From: a candidate division CPR2 bacterium GW2011_GWC2_39_35
Lineage (GTDB): Bacteria; Patescibacteriota; CPR2
Assembly: GCA_000995065.1 (NCBI GenBank)
Contig: LBWX01000002.1
Span: forward strand, 223,708 to 287,707
Length of the DNA: 64,000 nucleotides
Reading direction: 5' to 3'
In this document: piece after piece, positions 28,682 through 39,194 of the stretch
How positions within the stretch are numbered: the stretch's first letter is position 1
How the letters are laid out: the number at the start of each line of letters is the position of its first letter
Notes under the pieces: model-generated
The model's database searches: none
What the model saw: only the letters and a program-made list of their open reading frames with translations
Told to the model about the DNA's origin: nothing
Program-made: the position numbers and the translations under genes

Positions 28682-29917
28682 ATGGAATATAATTATTCGG
28701 ATATGAAGACAGAGTTAATCTTACCCGCAGGAGACTTATATAAAGCCAAAATTGCTTTTCTGTATGGTGCGGATGCATGTTATGGCGGCTTAGCGAAATA
28801 TTCGCTTCGGAAAGCCGAAGTGGATTTCGATTTTGATACCTTAAAAGAAGCGATTCGCTATGCCCATTCATTCGGCAAAAAATTTTTTGTCACGTTTAAT
28901 ATTTTTGCCCACAATTATAATCTCGAAAAAATCGAAGAGGATATCAAAAAAGTGGCAGAGTTTAAACCGGATGCCATTATTGCTTCAGATCCGGGTATTA
29001 TTCAATTTGTAAGAGAAAACAGCGACATTCCAGTTCATCTGAGTACTCAGGCCAACACAACAAATTGGCAGTCCGTTAAATTTTGGCAGGACTTAGGAAT
29101 AAAGCGAATTGTACTCGCAAGAGAACTAGCTTTAAAGGAGATTCAGGAAATTCACAACAAAGTGCCGGACGTCGAACTTGAGGTTTTCGTCCATGGCGCC
29201 ATGTGTATCTCGTATTCTGGTAGATGTCTTCTTTCTGCAGTCATGACGGGTCGGGAAGCGAATCAGGGCGATTGCGCCCAGCCATGCCGCTGGCTTTATA
29301 AAGGCCAAATAGAAGAGAAGATGCGTCCCGGGGATTTTTTTCCGGTTAGAGAAGACGAAAACGGCACTTATATCTTTAATTCTAAAGATTTAAGGCTAAT
29401 CGAACATCTGCCGGAGCTTATTAAAGCCGGTGTTACTGGTTTTAAGGTGGAAGGAAGGAACAAGAGCGAGTATTATGTTGCAGTGATTGCCAGGGCTTAT
29501 AAAAAAGCGTTGGAGGCCTTTAAGGCAGGCAAATTTTTAGATTGTTTAGAGGAATTAAGGGCTGAAACCGAAACTATAAATTATCGGGATTACACAACCG
29601 GATTTTTATTTGGTGAAGCTAAAAAAGGTGAAGTGTATCCGGATCGAGTGCAGATTCGAACCCATAATTTCTTAGGCGTTATCGAAGAATATGATAACGG
29701 GTTTGCCAAAATTCCGATTAGGAACCAATTTAAAATTAGTGACGAGATAGAGATTATCACTCCCAACAAGATCTTTAAAGAGAAAGTAGGGGCAATTCTA
29801 GACCGGAACAAACAAGTAGTAGAGGTTGCCAATCCCGGTGCCAAAGAACACATAGCGTATGTTAAACTATCGAGGGAATATCCGAAGTACGCTATGGTTA
29901 GGAAAAGACTTAAATAA
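28682..29917 (+). CDS. Peptidase U32 family protein
   Basis: ELILPAGDL ... YGADACYGG N-terminal TIM-barrel signature and the conserved Cys-containing CISYSGRCLLS region. Confidence 0.8.
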   Translation: MEYNYSDMKTELILPAGDLYKAKIAFLYGADACYGGLAKYSLRKAEVDFDFDTLKEAIRYAHSFGKKFFVTFNIFAHNYNLEKIEEDIKKVAEFKPDAIIASDPGIIQFVRENSDIPVHLSTQANTTNWQSVKFWQDLGIKRIVLARELALKEIQEIHNKVPDVELEVFVHGAMCISYSGRCLLSAVMTGREANQGDCAQPCRWLYKGQIEEKMRPGDFFPVREDENGTYIFNSKDLRLIEHLPELIKAGVTGFKVEGRNKSEYYVAVIARAYKKALEAFKAGKFLDCLEELRAETETINYRDYTTGFLFGEAKKGEVYPDRVQIRTHNFLGVIEEYDNGFAKIPIRNQFKISDEIEIITPNKIFKEKVGAILDRNKQVVEVANPGAKEHIAYVKLSREYPKYAMVRKRLK

Positions 29918-30045
29918 ATGTCAAATGTCAAAATCCAAATTACAAATCAAATCCTAATGTCAAATTCTTTAATTTCATTTGTTATTAAGTCATTAAACAT
30001 TCATTTGGCATTTGAAATTTGAGCTTTGACATTTTAATGGCTCGT
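29918..30045. repeat. Dispersed intergenic repeat, family 1
   Basis: aaatgtcaaatgtcaaaatccaaattacaaatcaaatcc ... inverted ttgacatt copies. Confidence 0.7.
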
Positions 30046-30109
30046 CAAATTAGAGTTTAATTAAAAACAATATTTGTTCACCCATTAAAGCTTAAGAGGA
30101 ATATAAGAT

Positions 30110-31213
30110 ATGTCTTTTACGAACAGATTGAACAATTTAGTAGATCAGCTTAAGCGGAATGATCTAGATGCGCTTATTGTTACTAACCTGAAGAATATTT
30201 ATTATCTAACCGGCTATTTCGCGCTTGCCGGTGATTCAATTCAAAGTTTTAGGGATCCAGAAGCAGTCCTTATGGTCACCAAAAAAGAATTAATTATTAT
30301 GGCTGATAAAAGAAGTGCCGGATCAGTTAAAAATGTTAAAGAAACACGATTTCTTGAATTCCCTTATCCTTTTAGTCATAAGGCCCTGGATAAAATTTTA
30401 AGTGAACTTGGTGGCGTTAAAAATGTTGGTTTTGAGGCCGATAGCTTAATTTACGGTGAGGCCAAAGATCTTTTAGGGGGCAAGAAATATAATTTTATTG
30501 ATGCATCGGAGATTATTAAAAATTTAAGAACAACAAAAGATCCTCAGGAAATAGAGTATTTGACAAAAGCAGCCGAGGTTACAGATCTGGCTTTTCAACA
30601 TATTGTAAAAAAAATAAATTTAGGTATGACCGAAAAAGAGATTTCTAGGGAAATTCAAGCTTTTTTATTTAAAGAAGGCGACGGTGTTGCTTTCGGGCCG
30701 ATAGTAGCTTCCGGGGTTGGGTCGGCTATTCCGCATTACAGGCCGACAGATAAAAAGATTAAGAAAGGCGACATGCTTCTTCTTGATTTTGGCGGTGCTT
30801 ATAAAGGTTACTTGGGAGATATGACTCGGACGATTTTTCTTGGTAAACCCACTGAAAGGCAAAAAGAGGTTTATAATCTCGTTTTAAAAGCTCAACAAGA
30901 AGCGTTAAAAACTATAAGGCCTGGCATTAGGGCCTCAAAACCTCATGAAACTGTGCTTCGCTTTTTTGGTACAGAAAATTTGGCTGAAAATTTTCTTCAC
31001 GGCACCGGTCATGGAGTTGGCCTTAATATTCACGAAGCACCATCTTTAAGTCCGAGAGGAGACTCAAAAATTAGAGAAGGTATGGTCTTTTCAGTAGAGC
31101 CCGGGCTATATTTTGAAAACTGGGGCGGCGTTCGGATTGAGGATGTCGTTACTGTAACTAAAGATGGATATCGAAATCTGACAAGATCGAGTAAAGAGAT
31201 GATTATCATCTGA
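30110..31213 (+). CDS. M24-family Xaa-Pro aminopeptidase
   Basis: Metal ligands DxGGxYxGY...D...HGTGHGVGLNIHE...E...E. Confidence 0.85.
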   Translation: MSFTNRLNNLVDQLKRNDLDALIVTNLKNIYYLTGYFALAGDSIQSFRDPEAVLMVTKKELIIMADKRSAGSVKNVKETRFLEFPYPFSHKALDKILSELGGVKNVGFEADSLIYGEAKDLLGGKKYNFIDASEIIKNLRTTKDPQEIEYLTKAAEVTDLAFQHIVKKINLGMTEKEISREIQAFLFKEGDGVAFGPIVASGVGSAIPHYRPTDKKIKKGDMLLLDFGGAYKGYLGDMTRTIFLGKPTERQKEVYNLVLKAQQEALKTIRPGIRASKPHETVLRFFGTENLAENFLHGTGHGVGLNIHEAPSLSPRGDSKIREGMVFSVEPGLYFENWGGVRIEDVVTVTKDGYRNLTRSSKEMIII

Positions 31214-31364
31214 GTGGCATTTTAACTATATGACGAAGGCTAATTTATATAATTGAATCCAGAATATTGTATTTAGAATTTAGAATGGGAATGCAGAATA
31301 TAGGGACAAATAATTCTAAAATTCTTTATTCCTTTTCTAGATGCTAGATTCCAAATTCTATATT

Positions 31365-31610
31365 CTAAGTTTCCTTCCTCACCACAAAAACCTCTTGCAC
31401 GGCGCCATGGCCTTTTAGGAGATATTTTTCTCCAGTCTCGGTTTTATATTGAAATGTTAGTTCGGTTTTGGTAAACGATCTGCTTGGCTTAATGGGTCCC
31501 GGGATTACGCTCACAATATCTTCGGCCTTAGCAAATTCTTGCAGGACTCTTAGTCCGCCATCAATTATACTATGCTCTCTCTTTATTTTATTAAAGCGAT
31601 ATTTCATCAT
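31365..31610 (-). CDS. Short ORF resembling the C-terminal part of RibD_C/DHFR-family reductases (possible gene remnant)
   Basis: 81 aa with weak similarity only. It is flanked by unusually long non-coding sequence. Confidence 0.25.
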   Translation of the reverse strand: MMKYRFNKIKREHSIIDGGLRVLQEFAKAEDIVSVIPGPIKPSRSFTKTELTFQYKTETGEKYLLKGHGAVQEVFVVRKET

Positions 31611-31853
31611 CTGATTATATTCGATTTTTTCTTATTTATGAACAATTTAATAAAAACTTAAGCATTTTTTAATTAATCGTTAAAGATAATGCCAGATAAT
31701 GCAATAAAGGGTTCTTTGTGAAGTAGTTGCGTTCAGCTGAAACTGCAGATATTTTAAATTATCCAACAAATAGATATTAAACATTTCTATGTTTACCCGG
31801 ATATTATTTATAAGTTGAATGAGTAAACCTAATATGATTAAATGATTAGGAAT

Positions 31854-32528
31854 ATGAGAATATTACTAACAGAAGATAATAAGGATTTAGCCAAATCTAT
31901 TAAGGCTGCCTTAGAATCTGAGTGCTATGAGGTTGACTTGGCAGGTGATGGTGAAAAGGCATCTTTTTTGGCGCGGACAAACGATTATGATCTCATCATT
32001 TTAGACATTAACCTTCCAAAAAAAGACGGGAAGCAAGTTTGCACTGAGATCAGAGAGGATGGCAAGATTGTGCCAATACTCATGCTATCTGTAATATCAG
32101 AAATTGGCACCAAAGTAGATTTGCTCGATACTGGAGCTGACGACTATCTGACAAAACCATTTTCCCAAAAAGAGCTTTTGGCAAGAATTAGGGCCCTTCT
32201 AAGGCGACCCCAGGAGATTAAAGGCGAGGTTTTGGAAGTCGGGGATCTTATTGTTGACACGAAAAAGCACATTGTTAAGAGAAAAGGCAGCAATATCGAT
32301 CTTACGATAAAAGAATACATTTTGCTTGAGTATCTGATAAAAAATGCCGAATCTGTACTTACCCGAAGTATGATCTTGGAGCATGTATGGGATATGAATG
32401 CTGATCTTTTTTCGAATGCTATAGAAGTTCATATTTCAAACTTGAGAAAAAAGATTGATCTTGCCGGCATGAAAAAACTAATCCATACTGTGCCTGGCAG
32501 GGGGTATAAACTGGAGCTCAAAAAATAA
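31854..32528 (+). CDS. OmpR/PhoB-family response regulator
   Basis: Receiver domain (ILLTEDN, DLIILDINLP) plus a winged-helix trans_reg_C domain. AGGAA lies 4 nt upstream of the chosen ATG. Confidence 0.85.
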   Translation: MRILLTEDNKDLAKSIKAALESECYEVDLAGDGEKASFLARTNDYDLIILDINLPKKDGKQVCTEIREDGKIVPILMLSVISEIGTKVDLLDTGADDYLTKPFSQKELLARIRALLRRPQEIKGEVLEVGDLIVDTKKHIVKRKGSNIDLTIKEYILLEYLIKNAESVLTRSMILEHVWDMNADLFSNAIEVHISNLRKKIDLAGMKKLIHTVPGRGYKLELKK

Positions 32529-32791
32529 TTAATATTTTCTTAATATCTTTTTAAGGATTATCTAGTAATGTGGGCTTAGGTCGAGAATTATTAAATTAAT
32601 AAGGAGGAGGGGAAATGAAAGAAGTTCTTTTAAAGGCCCTTGTCGACAAAAATTCTAGATCCACAGCCGAACTTACAAAAGTTGCAGTGTCCGAAACTAC
32701 CAGTATGCCTTGGAGCGATGTCGCCGTTCCGTAAATCTTTTTTAAAACAGACCCGGTTTTTTCGTTTTATGGTTTTTATGGTACAATAATC

Positions 32792-34189
32792 TTGAAAATG
32801 AACCAGTTTTTCTACAACTTGGTTAAACCAAGGTCTAAAGATGAGGACACTAAGCGGCAAGAGTTTATCTTAAATATTTTGCTGGCTGGTGTTCTTGTTT
32901 TGGCATTTATGGCTTTTTTATCGGCCTTTTTTGCATCAATAGCTGTGGGAGAATACCGGGGGGTTCCCGTATTATTTATCTTAATATTATTTCTAATTTT
33001 TCTGGGTTTATATAAGTTATCAAGGCTCGGATATTATCGGACATCTTCCTACATACTTATCTCTTTTTTCCTCATTCCTTCTGCTTACACGGCTCTTTAT
33101 TATGGATTTGAGACGCCCCAGGTTCTTTTAACTTATTCAGTCGTTATAATTATGTCAGGTATTTTAATCAGTACTCGTTTTTCCTGGATAGTGACCTTGG
33201 CTATTACCACGCTCACTCTGGGATTTGCCTATTTACAAATCCAGGGAACGATAAAGCCGAATCTATATTGGAAGAAAGAAACAGCCGGAGTCGATGATGC
33301 TTTTGTTTTTGTTTTTTCCTTTATAAACATTATGATAGTGGCTTGGCTTTCGAATAGAGAGATTGAAAAATCCTTAAAAAGGGCGAGACGTTCCGAAGCG
33401 GCGTTAAAAAAGGAAAGGGATCTTTTAGAAGTTAAGGTTGAGGAAAGGACAAGGGCTTTAAAAGAATCTCAGGCCGAGAAAATGACTCAATTATCAAGGT
33501 TTGCAGAATTCGGTCGTCTGGCTTCGGGCGTTTTTCATGACCTAATTAATCCTCTTACTATCGTGTCTCTAAACTTAGAGAACATCAAAGATTCTAGTCA
33601 TAAGGAGTTAAACAATGTAAATTCAAGTATTAAAAGAGCAACGGATGCCAGCCGGAGGATGGAAAGCTTTATTTTGGCAATTAAAAGACAGCTTAGCCAG
33701 CAGGGGTCGCTAGAGAAGTTTAATGTATGCGAAGAAATAAGGCAAGTGGCCCAGATTCTATCTTTCAAAGCTCAAAAAGCCGATGTTTCAATAAAGCTTA
33801 AAGGCAAAAATGATGTTTTTCTCTATGGCAATTCCTTAAAATTCTATCAGGTGGTCTCTAACATTATTTCTAATGCTATCGATGCCTATTATGAATTTGG
33901 ATCGGCACATAACCGTATTGTTTCGGTTGATTGTGTAAGGAAGGGTAAAAAATTTAGAATTACCATTCAGGATTGGGGCAAGGGAATTGCGTCTCAGAAT
34001 AAAGAAAAGATTTTTACCCCCTTTTTTACTACCAAGGATGTCGAGAATGGTACCGGCATTGGACTCTCGATTGCCAAGGAGGCTGTAGAAAAGGATTTTG
34101 GCGGGACTATTAGTGTAAACAGTACAGTAGGCAAAGGTACGGTTTTTACAATCGATTTACCTATAATAGAGCCTAAAAAGGATGATTAA
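32792..34189 (+). CDS. Membrane sensor histidine kinase
   Basis: Multiple N-terminal transmembrane segments, HisKA H-box FHDLINPLT, and HATPase_c motifs (N, G1 DWGKGI, G2 GTGIGL). Confidence 0.85.
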   Translation: MKMNQFFYNLVKPRSKDEDTKRQEFILNILLAGVLVLAFMAFLSAFFASIAVGEYRGVPVLFILILFLIFLGLYKLSRLGYYRTSSYILISFFLIPSAYTALYYGFETPQVLLTYSVVIIMSGILISTRFSWIVTLAITTLTLGFAYLQIQGTIKPNLYWKKETAGVDDAFVFVFSFINIMIVAWLSNREIEKSLKRARRSEAALKKERDLLEVKVEERTRALKESQAEKMTQLSRFAEFGRLASGVFHDLINPLTIVSLNLENIKDSSHKELNNVNSSIKRATDASRRMESFILAIKRQLSQQGSLEKFNVCEEIRQVAQILSFKAQKADVSIKLKGKNDVFLYGNSLKFYQVVSNIISNAIDAYYEFGSAHNRIVSVDCVRKGKKFRITIQDWGKGIASQNKEKIFTPFFTTKDVENGTGIGLSIAKEAVEKDFGGTISVNSTVGKGTVFTIDLPIIEPKKDD

Positions 34190-36140
34190 AAGTAATCTTA
34201 AAGATGCAATTAATTTAGCCACTTCTTTTTTACTGGCCGAGCAAAGAGCAGATGGTAGTTTTTTAGATTATGCCTGGGAAGCTCATGGGGGTGGATCCAA
34301 ATGGGAGAGGCATACCATTTTTTCTGCTGCGATTGTTCTTTTAAGTTTGTCCGAGCTTACGGAGTCCGAGGATCTAAAAGCTTTAAAGAAGAGAGCGGCA
34401 AATTTTCTTTTGGCCCAAAAAAGCAATCGTTGGTCTTTTAACTATTGGACTAAAGGTTCTAACGAGCAAAAAACGATGCCATATCCGGATGATCTCGATG
34501 ATACTAGCTGCGCCCTAGCGGCTCTTTTAAAATATGATAAAAGATTAATTGACGGCAAAGTAATGGCGCATCTTATAAAAATTTTAACGTCTTTAGAGGC
34601 CGAGGAAGGAGGACCGTATTATACGTGGTTTAAAGAGGGTAAGAATTCTAAAAATTGGAAGGATATTGATCTTGCGGTTAACTCCAATGTTGGTTTTTTG
34701 TTATCTCTTTTCGAGATTTCTCTGCCAAATATCGAAAAGTTAATGGAAGACCATATATTCAAAGAAGATTTTTCCTCGCCTTATTATGCATCGCCCTTTT
34801 CTCAAATTTATTTCATTTCTAGAACTTATAATGGAAAATTAAAAGAAAACATAATCAACTATCTTTTAAAAAGAGATACAAATGGGATTTGGAATAATCC
34901 TTTTGATACTGCATTGGCTCTTAATTCTCTTATCAATTTAGGTTGCAAGTCGAAAGAATTGGAAAACGGGATTAATTATCTTTTAAAAAGCCTCAAAAAA
35001 GAAAGCCGGAAATCTTACCCGTTTGTGGTGGAATCCGTAAAAAACAGAAAGATGATTTTAAGTGGCTCTCCGGCAATAACTATTGCTATGTCCTTAGAGG
35101 CTATCGAAAAATACCGGAAAATTTTAGAAGCGGACAACGGACTTAAAGATAAGAGCGTCTTGAAAATGAGTGAGCCTATGAGTATTAAAAATGAAATCTT
35201 AAAAAAGTCAAAAGACCGTTTTAAATCTACCGATCCCGAGTTTAAAAAGTTTGCAGTGGGCTATATTGATCGGATTGTGGGTGGAAACACGGGCGATCTC
35301 ATTGCCTTATTTCCTTACGAATTTAGAGAGTCATTAGGCCCTGTGGGCAAAAAAGTAAGCAATAAGATGATTATTAGTTTGGGATTAGCTAACTTAAATG
35401 GTTGGACAGCTTATACTATTTACGATAATTTTTTTGATGGGGAGGGTGATCCTAAGAGTCTCTCTCTAGCTAACCTTTGCTTAAGAGAGTTAGCGCTACT
35501 ATATAAAGGTGTTTTACGTCAAAATAAAGATTTTATACCGATATTTGTTAAAATAATGGATAGAATTGACGAGGCTAATTATAAGGAAACAAAGAACGGT
35601 TATTTTGAGGTTAAAAAGGACATCATATCAATTCCCAGAGCATTACCAGAGTACGGCGACCTTTCGGGTTTGGCCCAAAAATCATTAGGCCATGGACTTG
35701 GCCCCATGGCTATTCTTTGCTTCCTGGGTTATGGTAATGAGAGTTTAGAGTTTAAAGGATTTTTAGATTGGCTCATTAACTATCTTGTTACGCGCCAGTT
35801 AAATGATGATCTTCATGATTGGGAAGAAGATTTAAAGGCCGGCCGGATTACCGAAGTAGTCGCCGCTCTGATAAAGAATTGGCAATTAAAGACTAAAAAA
35901 GAGAAAATCAACATAAGGAAGGATTTACTAGAACTTCAAAAGATATTTTGGTACGAGGTGATCGAGGGCATGGCTCAGGAAATATTGATTCACGCGGAGG
36001 CTGCAAAAAAATCTATCGCCAAAATAAAGATTATTAAAAATCCTCAACGTCTTAATAATTTCTTAGTTCCATTAGAGGAATCCGCCAAAAAATCCCTTTC
36101 AGAAAGGGAAAATATGATTAAGTTTTTATCTAGTTATTAG
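34182..36140 (+). CDS. Alpha/alpha-toroid (prenyltransferase/terpene-cyclase-like) protein; overlaps the histidine kinase stop
   Basis: N-terminal QRADGSF (QxxDGxW/F-like) repeat, DLDDTS (nt 34491-34508) matching the class II DxDDT(A/S) motif, and DDLHD (DDxxD-like) near residue 540. Function unproven. Confidence 0.4.
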   Translation: MIKSNLKDAINLATSFLLAEQRADGSFLDYAWEAHGGGSKWERHTIFSAAIVLLSLSELTESEDLKALKKRAANFLLAQKSNRWSFNYWTKGSNEQKTMPYPDDLDDTSCALAALLKYDKRLIDGKVMAHLIKILTSLEAEEGGPYYTWFKEGKNSKNWKDIDLAVNSNVGFLLSLFEISLPNIEKLMEDHIFKEDFSSPYYASPFSQIYFISRTYNGKLKENIINYLLKRDTNGIWNNPFDTALALNSLINLGCKSKELENGINYLLKSLKKESRKSYPFVVESVKNRKMILSGSPAITIAMSLEAIEKYRKILEADNGLKDKSVLKMSEPMSIKNEILKKSKDRFKSTDPEFKKFAVGYIDRIVGGNTGDLIALFPYEFRESLGPVGKKVSNKMIISLGLANLNGWTAYTIYDNFFDGEGDPKSLSLANLCLRELALLYKGVLRQNKDFIPIFVKIMDRIDEANYKETKNGYFEVKKDIISIPRALPEYGDLSGLAQKSLGHGLGPMAILCFLGYGNESLEFKGFLDWLINYLVTRQLNDDLHDWEEDLKAGRITEVVAALIKNWQLKTKKEKINIRKDLLELQKIFWYEVIEGMAQEILIHAEAAKKSIAKIKIIKNPQRLNNFLVPLEESAKKSLSERENMIKFLSSY

Positions 36141-36784
36141 TTAATAAGCTCTTTATCCAGAGCTTCTTTTTTTAGTTTTGCGTAGAGCTTCGTTAGGGTT
36201 TTAGAGAAGCCGATTCGGGGTAATTGCATTTCGTCTAACGATTCTATATTAGCCTTAACATCGCTCCATCCTTGGTTAGAAACTAGCCTCTGAAGAGTAC
36301 CGCTTAGCCTATCTAAACCTTGAGTAATTTTTGATTCCAGTGATTCATGTTTCTCGTACTCTTCCCATAACAAGCTTAACTCTTTTCGAAGCATTGTTGG
36401 GAGATCAGAGAATATCTCTTGAGCCGCTTTATCCTCAAGCTCTTTTTTGTTGAGCCGTCCCGCATGATCCCAGGCCGAGATATCGCCGGATTTAATCTCG
36501 ACAAGGTCATGCATCAAGGCCATTTTAAAGATCTTTTCGAGGTCTAATTGGGTATCAAATTCTTGTTCAAGCTCATTCCTTAAGAGCCAGCAATTAAGGG
36601 CTACGGACCAGGAATGCTCGGCTGAATTTTCGCGCCTTTGGGGGGTGGCGTCAACCGCCCTTTCTATTTTTTTAAGTTCGGTGCAAAGCTTAATAAAGTC
36701 ATAAATTGAATCAATGTTTTTATCCATGTAAGCCATTATATCACAAGCCTTACCCTTTTCTACAATAATAAACCTATTATACAA
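36137..36784 (-). CDS. HD-domain phosphohydrolase (YfbR-like 5'-deoxynucleotidase family)
   Basis: HSWSVA ... HDLVE metal-binding H...HD...D pattern. Confidence 0.7.
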   Translation of the reverse strand: MYNRFIIVEKGKACDIMAYMDKNIDSIYDFIKLCTELKKIERAVDATPQRRENSAEHSWSVALNCWLLRNELEQEFDTQLDLEKIFKMALMHDLVEIKSGDISAWDHAGRLNKKELEDKAAQEIFSDLPTMLRKELSLLWEEYEKHESLESKITQGLDRLSGTLQRLVSNQGWSDVKANIESLDEMQLPRIGFSKTLTKLYAKLKKEALDKELIN

Positions 36785-36906
36785 TTCTTTTTACAAAGCC
36801 AAAACAGTTGAGTAGATAATGCTTGTTGCCATTGGCTTGACAAGGAAATTGGTTTGGGATACCGTGCTAAGAAACATTAGGGGTTTTATAATCTTTCGGA
36901 GGATAT

Positions 36907-39072
36907 ATGCGGGGCACTCTAAACAAATACTTTGGATATAATAACTTTTTGCCGCTTCAGGAAGACGTCATAAAGGATGTTCTTAAAGGACAAGATGTCT
37001 TGGTTTTGATGCCGACTGGTGGGGGAAAGTCGCTTTGCTATCAGCTTCCGGCTTTAATCCTTAATGGTATAACGATTGTGGTATCGCCTCTTATTGCCCT
37101 CATGAAGGATCAGGTGGATGCTTTAGTCTTAAACGGTGTTCCGGCGGCTTTAATAAACAGCTCTCTCGATTTTTCCCAGATCGATACAATAAAAGCACAA
37201 CTTCAAAAGGGCGAGTTTAAAATTCTTTATGTGGCTCCGGAAAGGTTGATGATGCCGGTATTCCTTCAATTTTTAAAAGGGCTTAAAGTGAGTCTTTTTG
37301 CCGTAGATGAAGCCCATTGCATTTCCGAATGGGGGCATGATTTTCGGCCGGAATATCGTCAGCTTAAGAGCCTTAAGGAGAATTTTCCAAACATTCCTAT
37401 TATTGCCCTTACGGCAACGGCGACAAGCAAAGTGCAAAGTGACATTGCCAGTGAGCTCAATATTCCCGACTCCAAACGTTACAAAGCCAGTTTTTTAAGA
37501 AAAAATCTTCAAATTAAAATTAAGTCCAAAGCAAATGTTTACGAGCAGCTCCTGGGTTACCTAGAAGAGCATCGAAAAGATTCCGGCATTATTTACTGCC
37601 AAAGCCGAAAGCAAGTTGATAGTTTGACCTTTGATCTTAGTGCATCGGGATTTAGAGCACTTCCGTATCACGCCGGCCTAACTGCCAAAGAAAGGAGTAG
37701 CAACCAAGAGCGGTTTATAAAAGATGATGTGGAAATAATTGTCGCTACCATTGCTTTTGGCATGGGTATCGATAAACCGAATGTGCGTTTCGTCGTCCAC
37801 TATGACTTGCCAAAAAATGTCGAAGGCTATTATCAGGAGATAGGAAGGGCCGGACGAGACAGTCTTAAAAGTGATTGCCTTCTCTTTTTTAACTATGGCG
37901 ATAAGGCAAAAATCGAGCATTTTATCAGGCAAAAAGAAGATCTAAGGGAAAGGGAGATTGCTAATCTTAAACTTAAGGAGATGGTCAACTATTGCATCAA
38001 CAATAATTGCCGACACAAAGTCTTGCTTCAATATTTTGGCGAGGATTTTACTGAGACGAACTGCGGGGCGTGCGATATCTGTTTAGAGCCCAGAGAAACC
38101 TTTGACGCCACCATTGAGGCTCAAAAAGTAATCTCTTGCGTTCATCGGGCTAAGGAACGATTTGGTATGAATCATATTATAGATATTTTGATTGGTTCCA
38201 AGAGCCAGAAGATCATTGGGAGAAATCACGATAAATTATCAACTTATGGTATTGGCAGAGATCACTCTAAATCGAAATGGCAGCTTATAGTTAGGGAGCT
38301 AATTCGGGCCGGATATCTTGATTTGGAGGGAGATGAGTATCCGGTTTTAAGGTTAAATACTAAAAGCAAGCTGGTGCTTGCTGGAAAAGAAGAAGTAACG
38401 ATCGTTAAGCCAAAGATAGAGCTCGGAAAAACTAAAACGCAAAGGCAAGTTAAGATTGATTCTAAAGATATTGATTATGAACTTTTTGAAATTTTACGAG
38501 CTTTAAGAAAAACCTTAGCCGACAAAGAAGGTTTGCCGCCATACATTATTTTTCCTGACACAACTCTAAATGAAATGGCAGTATATTATCCCGGGAGCCT
38601 AGAAGGGCTAAAAAGCATTAGTGGTGTTGGAGAGGCTAAGCTTCAAAGATATGGGGAATTATTTTTAAAAAGCATAACCGAGTATTGTGATAATAAAGGC
38701 ATTGAGACGAAAGCGTCAATAATAAAGCATCAATTTTCGGCTAAAAGAACAATAAGGCCTTCGGAAGCTAATTCTGGTACCATCAGAGAAACCCTAGCCT
38801 TTTATCGCCAAGGTCTGACCTTGGCAGAAATGGCGGCTAAAAAATCGGTGGTTGTTGGCACCATCGTCTCTCATTTAGAAAAAATTATTTTATCAGGGGA
38901 AGAAATAGATATTAATCGTTTTGTTTCTCTTAAGGATCAGAAAATAATCGAAAAAGCTATGGCGGAGGTGGGTCCCGGAATGCTTCGTCCCATCAAAGAT
39001 ACGCTTGGCGGCAAATTTTCTTACGAGCAGATCAGGCTGGTAAGAGTAGCTTTGGGCCAGAAACAAAATTAA
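36907..39072 (+). CDS. recQ: ATP-dependent DNA helicase RecQ
   Basis: Helicase motifs (PTGGGKS, DEAH, SAT), RecQ zinc-binding Cys cluster, RQC and a C-terminal HRDC domain. Confidence 0.95.
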   Translation: MRGTLNKYFGYNNFLPLQEDVIKDVLKGQDVLVLMPTGGGKSLCYQLPALILNGITIVVSPLIALMKDQVDALVLNGVPAALINSSLDFSQIDTIKAQLQKGEFKILYVAPERLMMPVFLQFLKGLKVSLFAVDEAHCISEWGHDFRPEYRQLKSLKENFPNIPIIALTATATSKVQSDIASELNIPDSKRYKASFLRKNLQIKIKSKANVYEQLLGYLEEHRKDSGIIYCQSRKQVDSLTFDLSASGFRALPYHAGLTAKERSSNQERFIKDDVEIIVATIAFGMGIDKPNVRFVVHYDLPKNVEGYYQEIGRAGRDSLKSDCLLFFNYGDKAKIEHFIRQKEDLREREIANLKLKEMVNYCINNNCRHKVLLQYFGEDFTETNCGACDICLEPRETFDATIEAQKVISCVHRAKERFGMNHIIDILIGSKSQKIIGRNHDKLSTYGIGRDHSKSKWQLIVRELIRAGYLDLEGDEYPVLRLNTKSKLVLAGKEEVTIVKPKIELGKTKTQRQVKIDSKDIDYELFEILRALRKTLADKEGLPPYIIFPDTTLNEMAVYYPGSLEGLKSISGVGEAKLQRYGELFLKSITEYCDNKGIETKASIIKHQFSAKRTIRPSEANSGTIRETLAFYRQGLTLAEMAAKKSVVVGTIVSHLEKIILSGEEIDINRFVSLKDQKIIEKAMAEVGPGMLRPIKDTLGGKFSYEQIRLVRVALGQKQN

Positions 39073-39194
39073 TTTTTAAAATGAATTGGAATAGCCATAG
39101 CAATTAAGTGTTTGCCGTTTTATCTGATGACATCTTTATTTATGGATAAATTATCTAAAGGCAAATTTTACTGGAAAGCCAAAGCGAGACCGAA

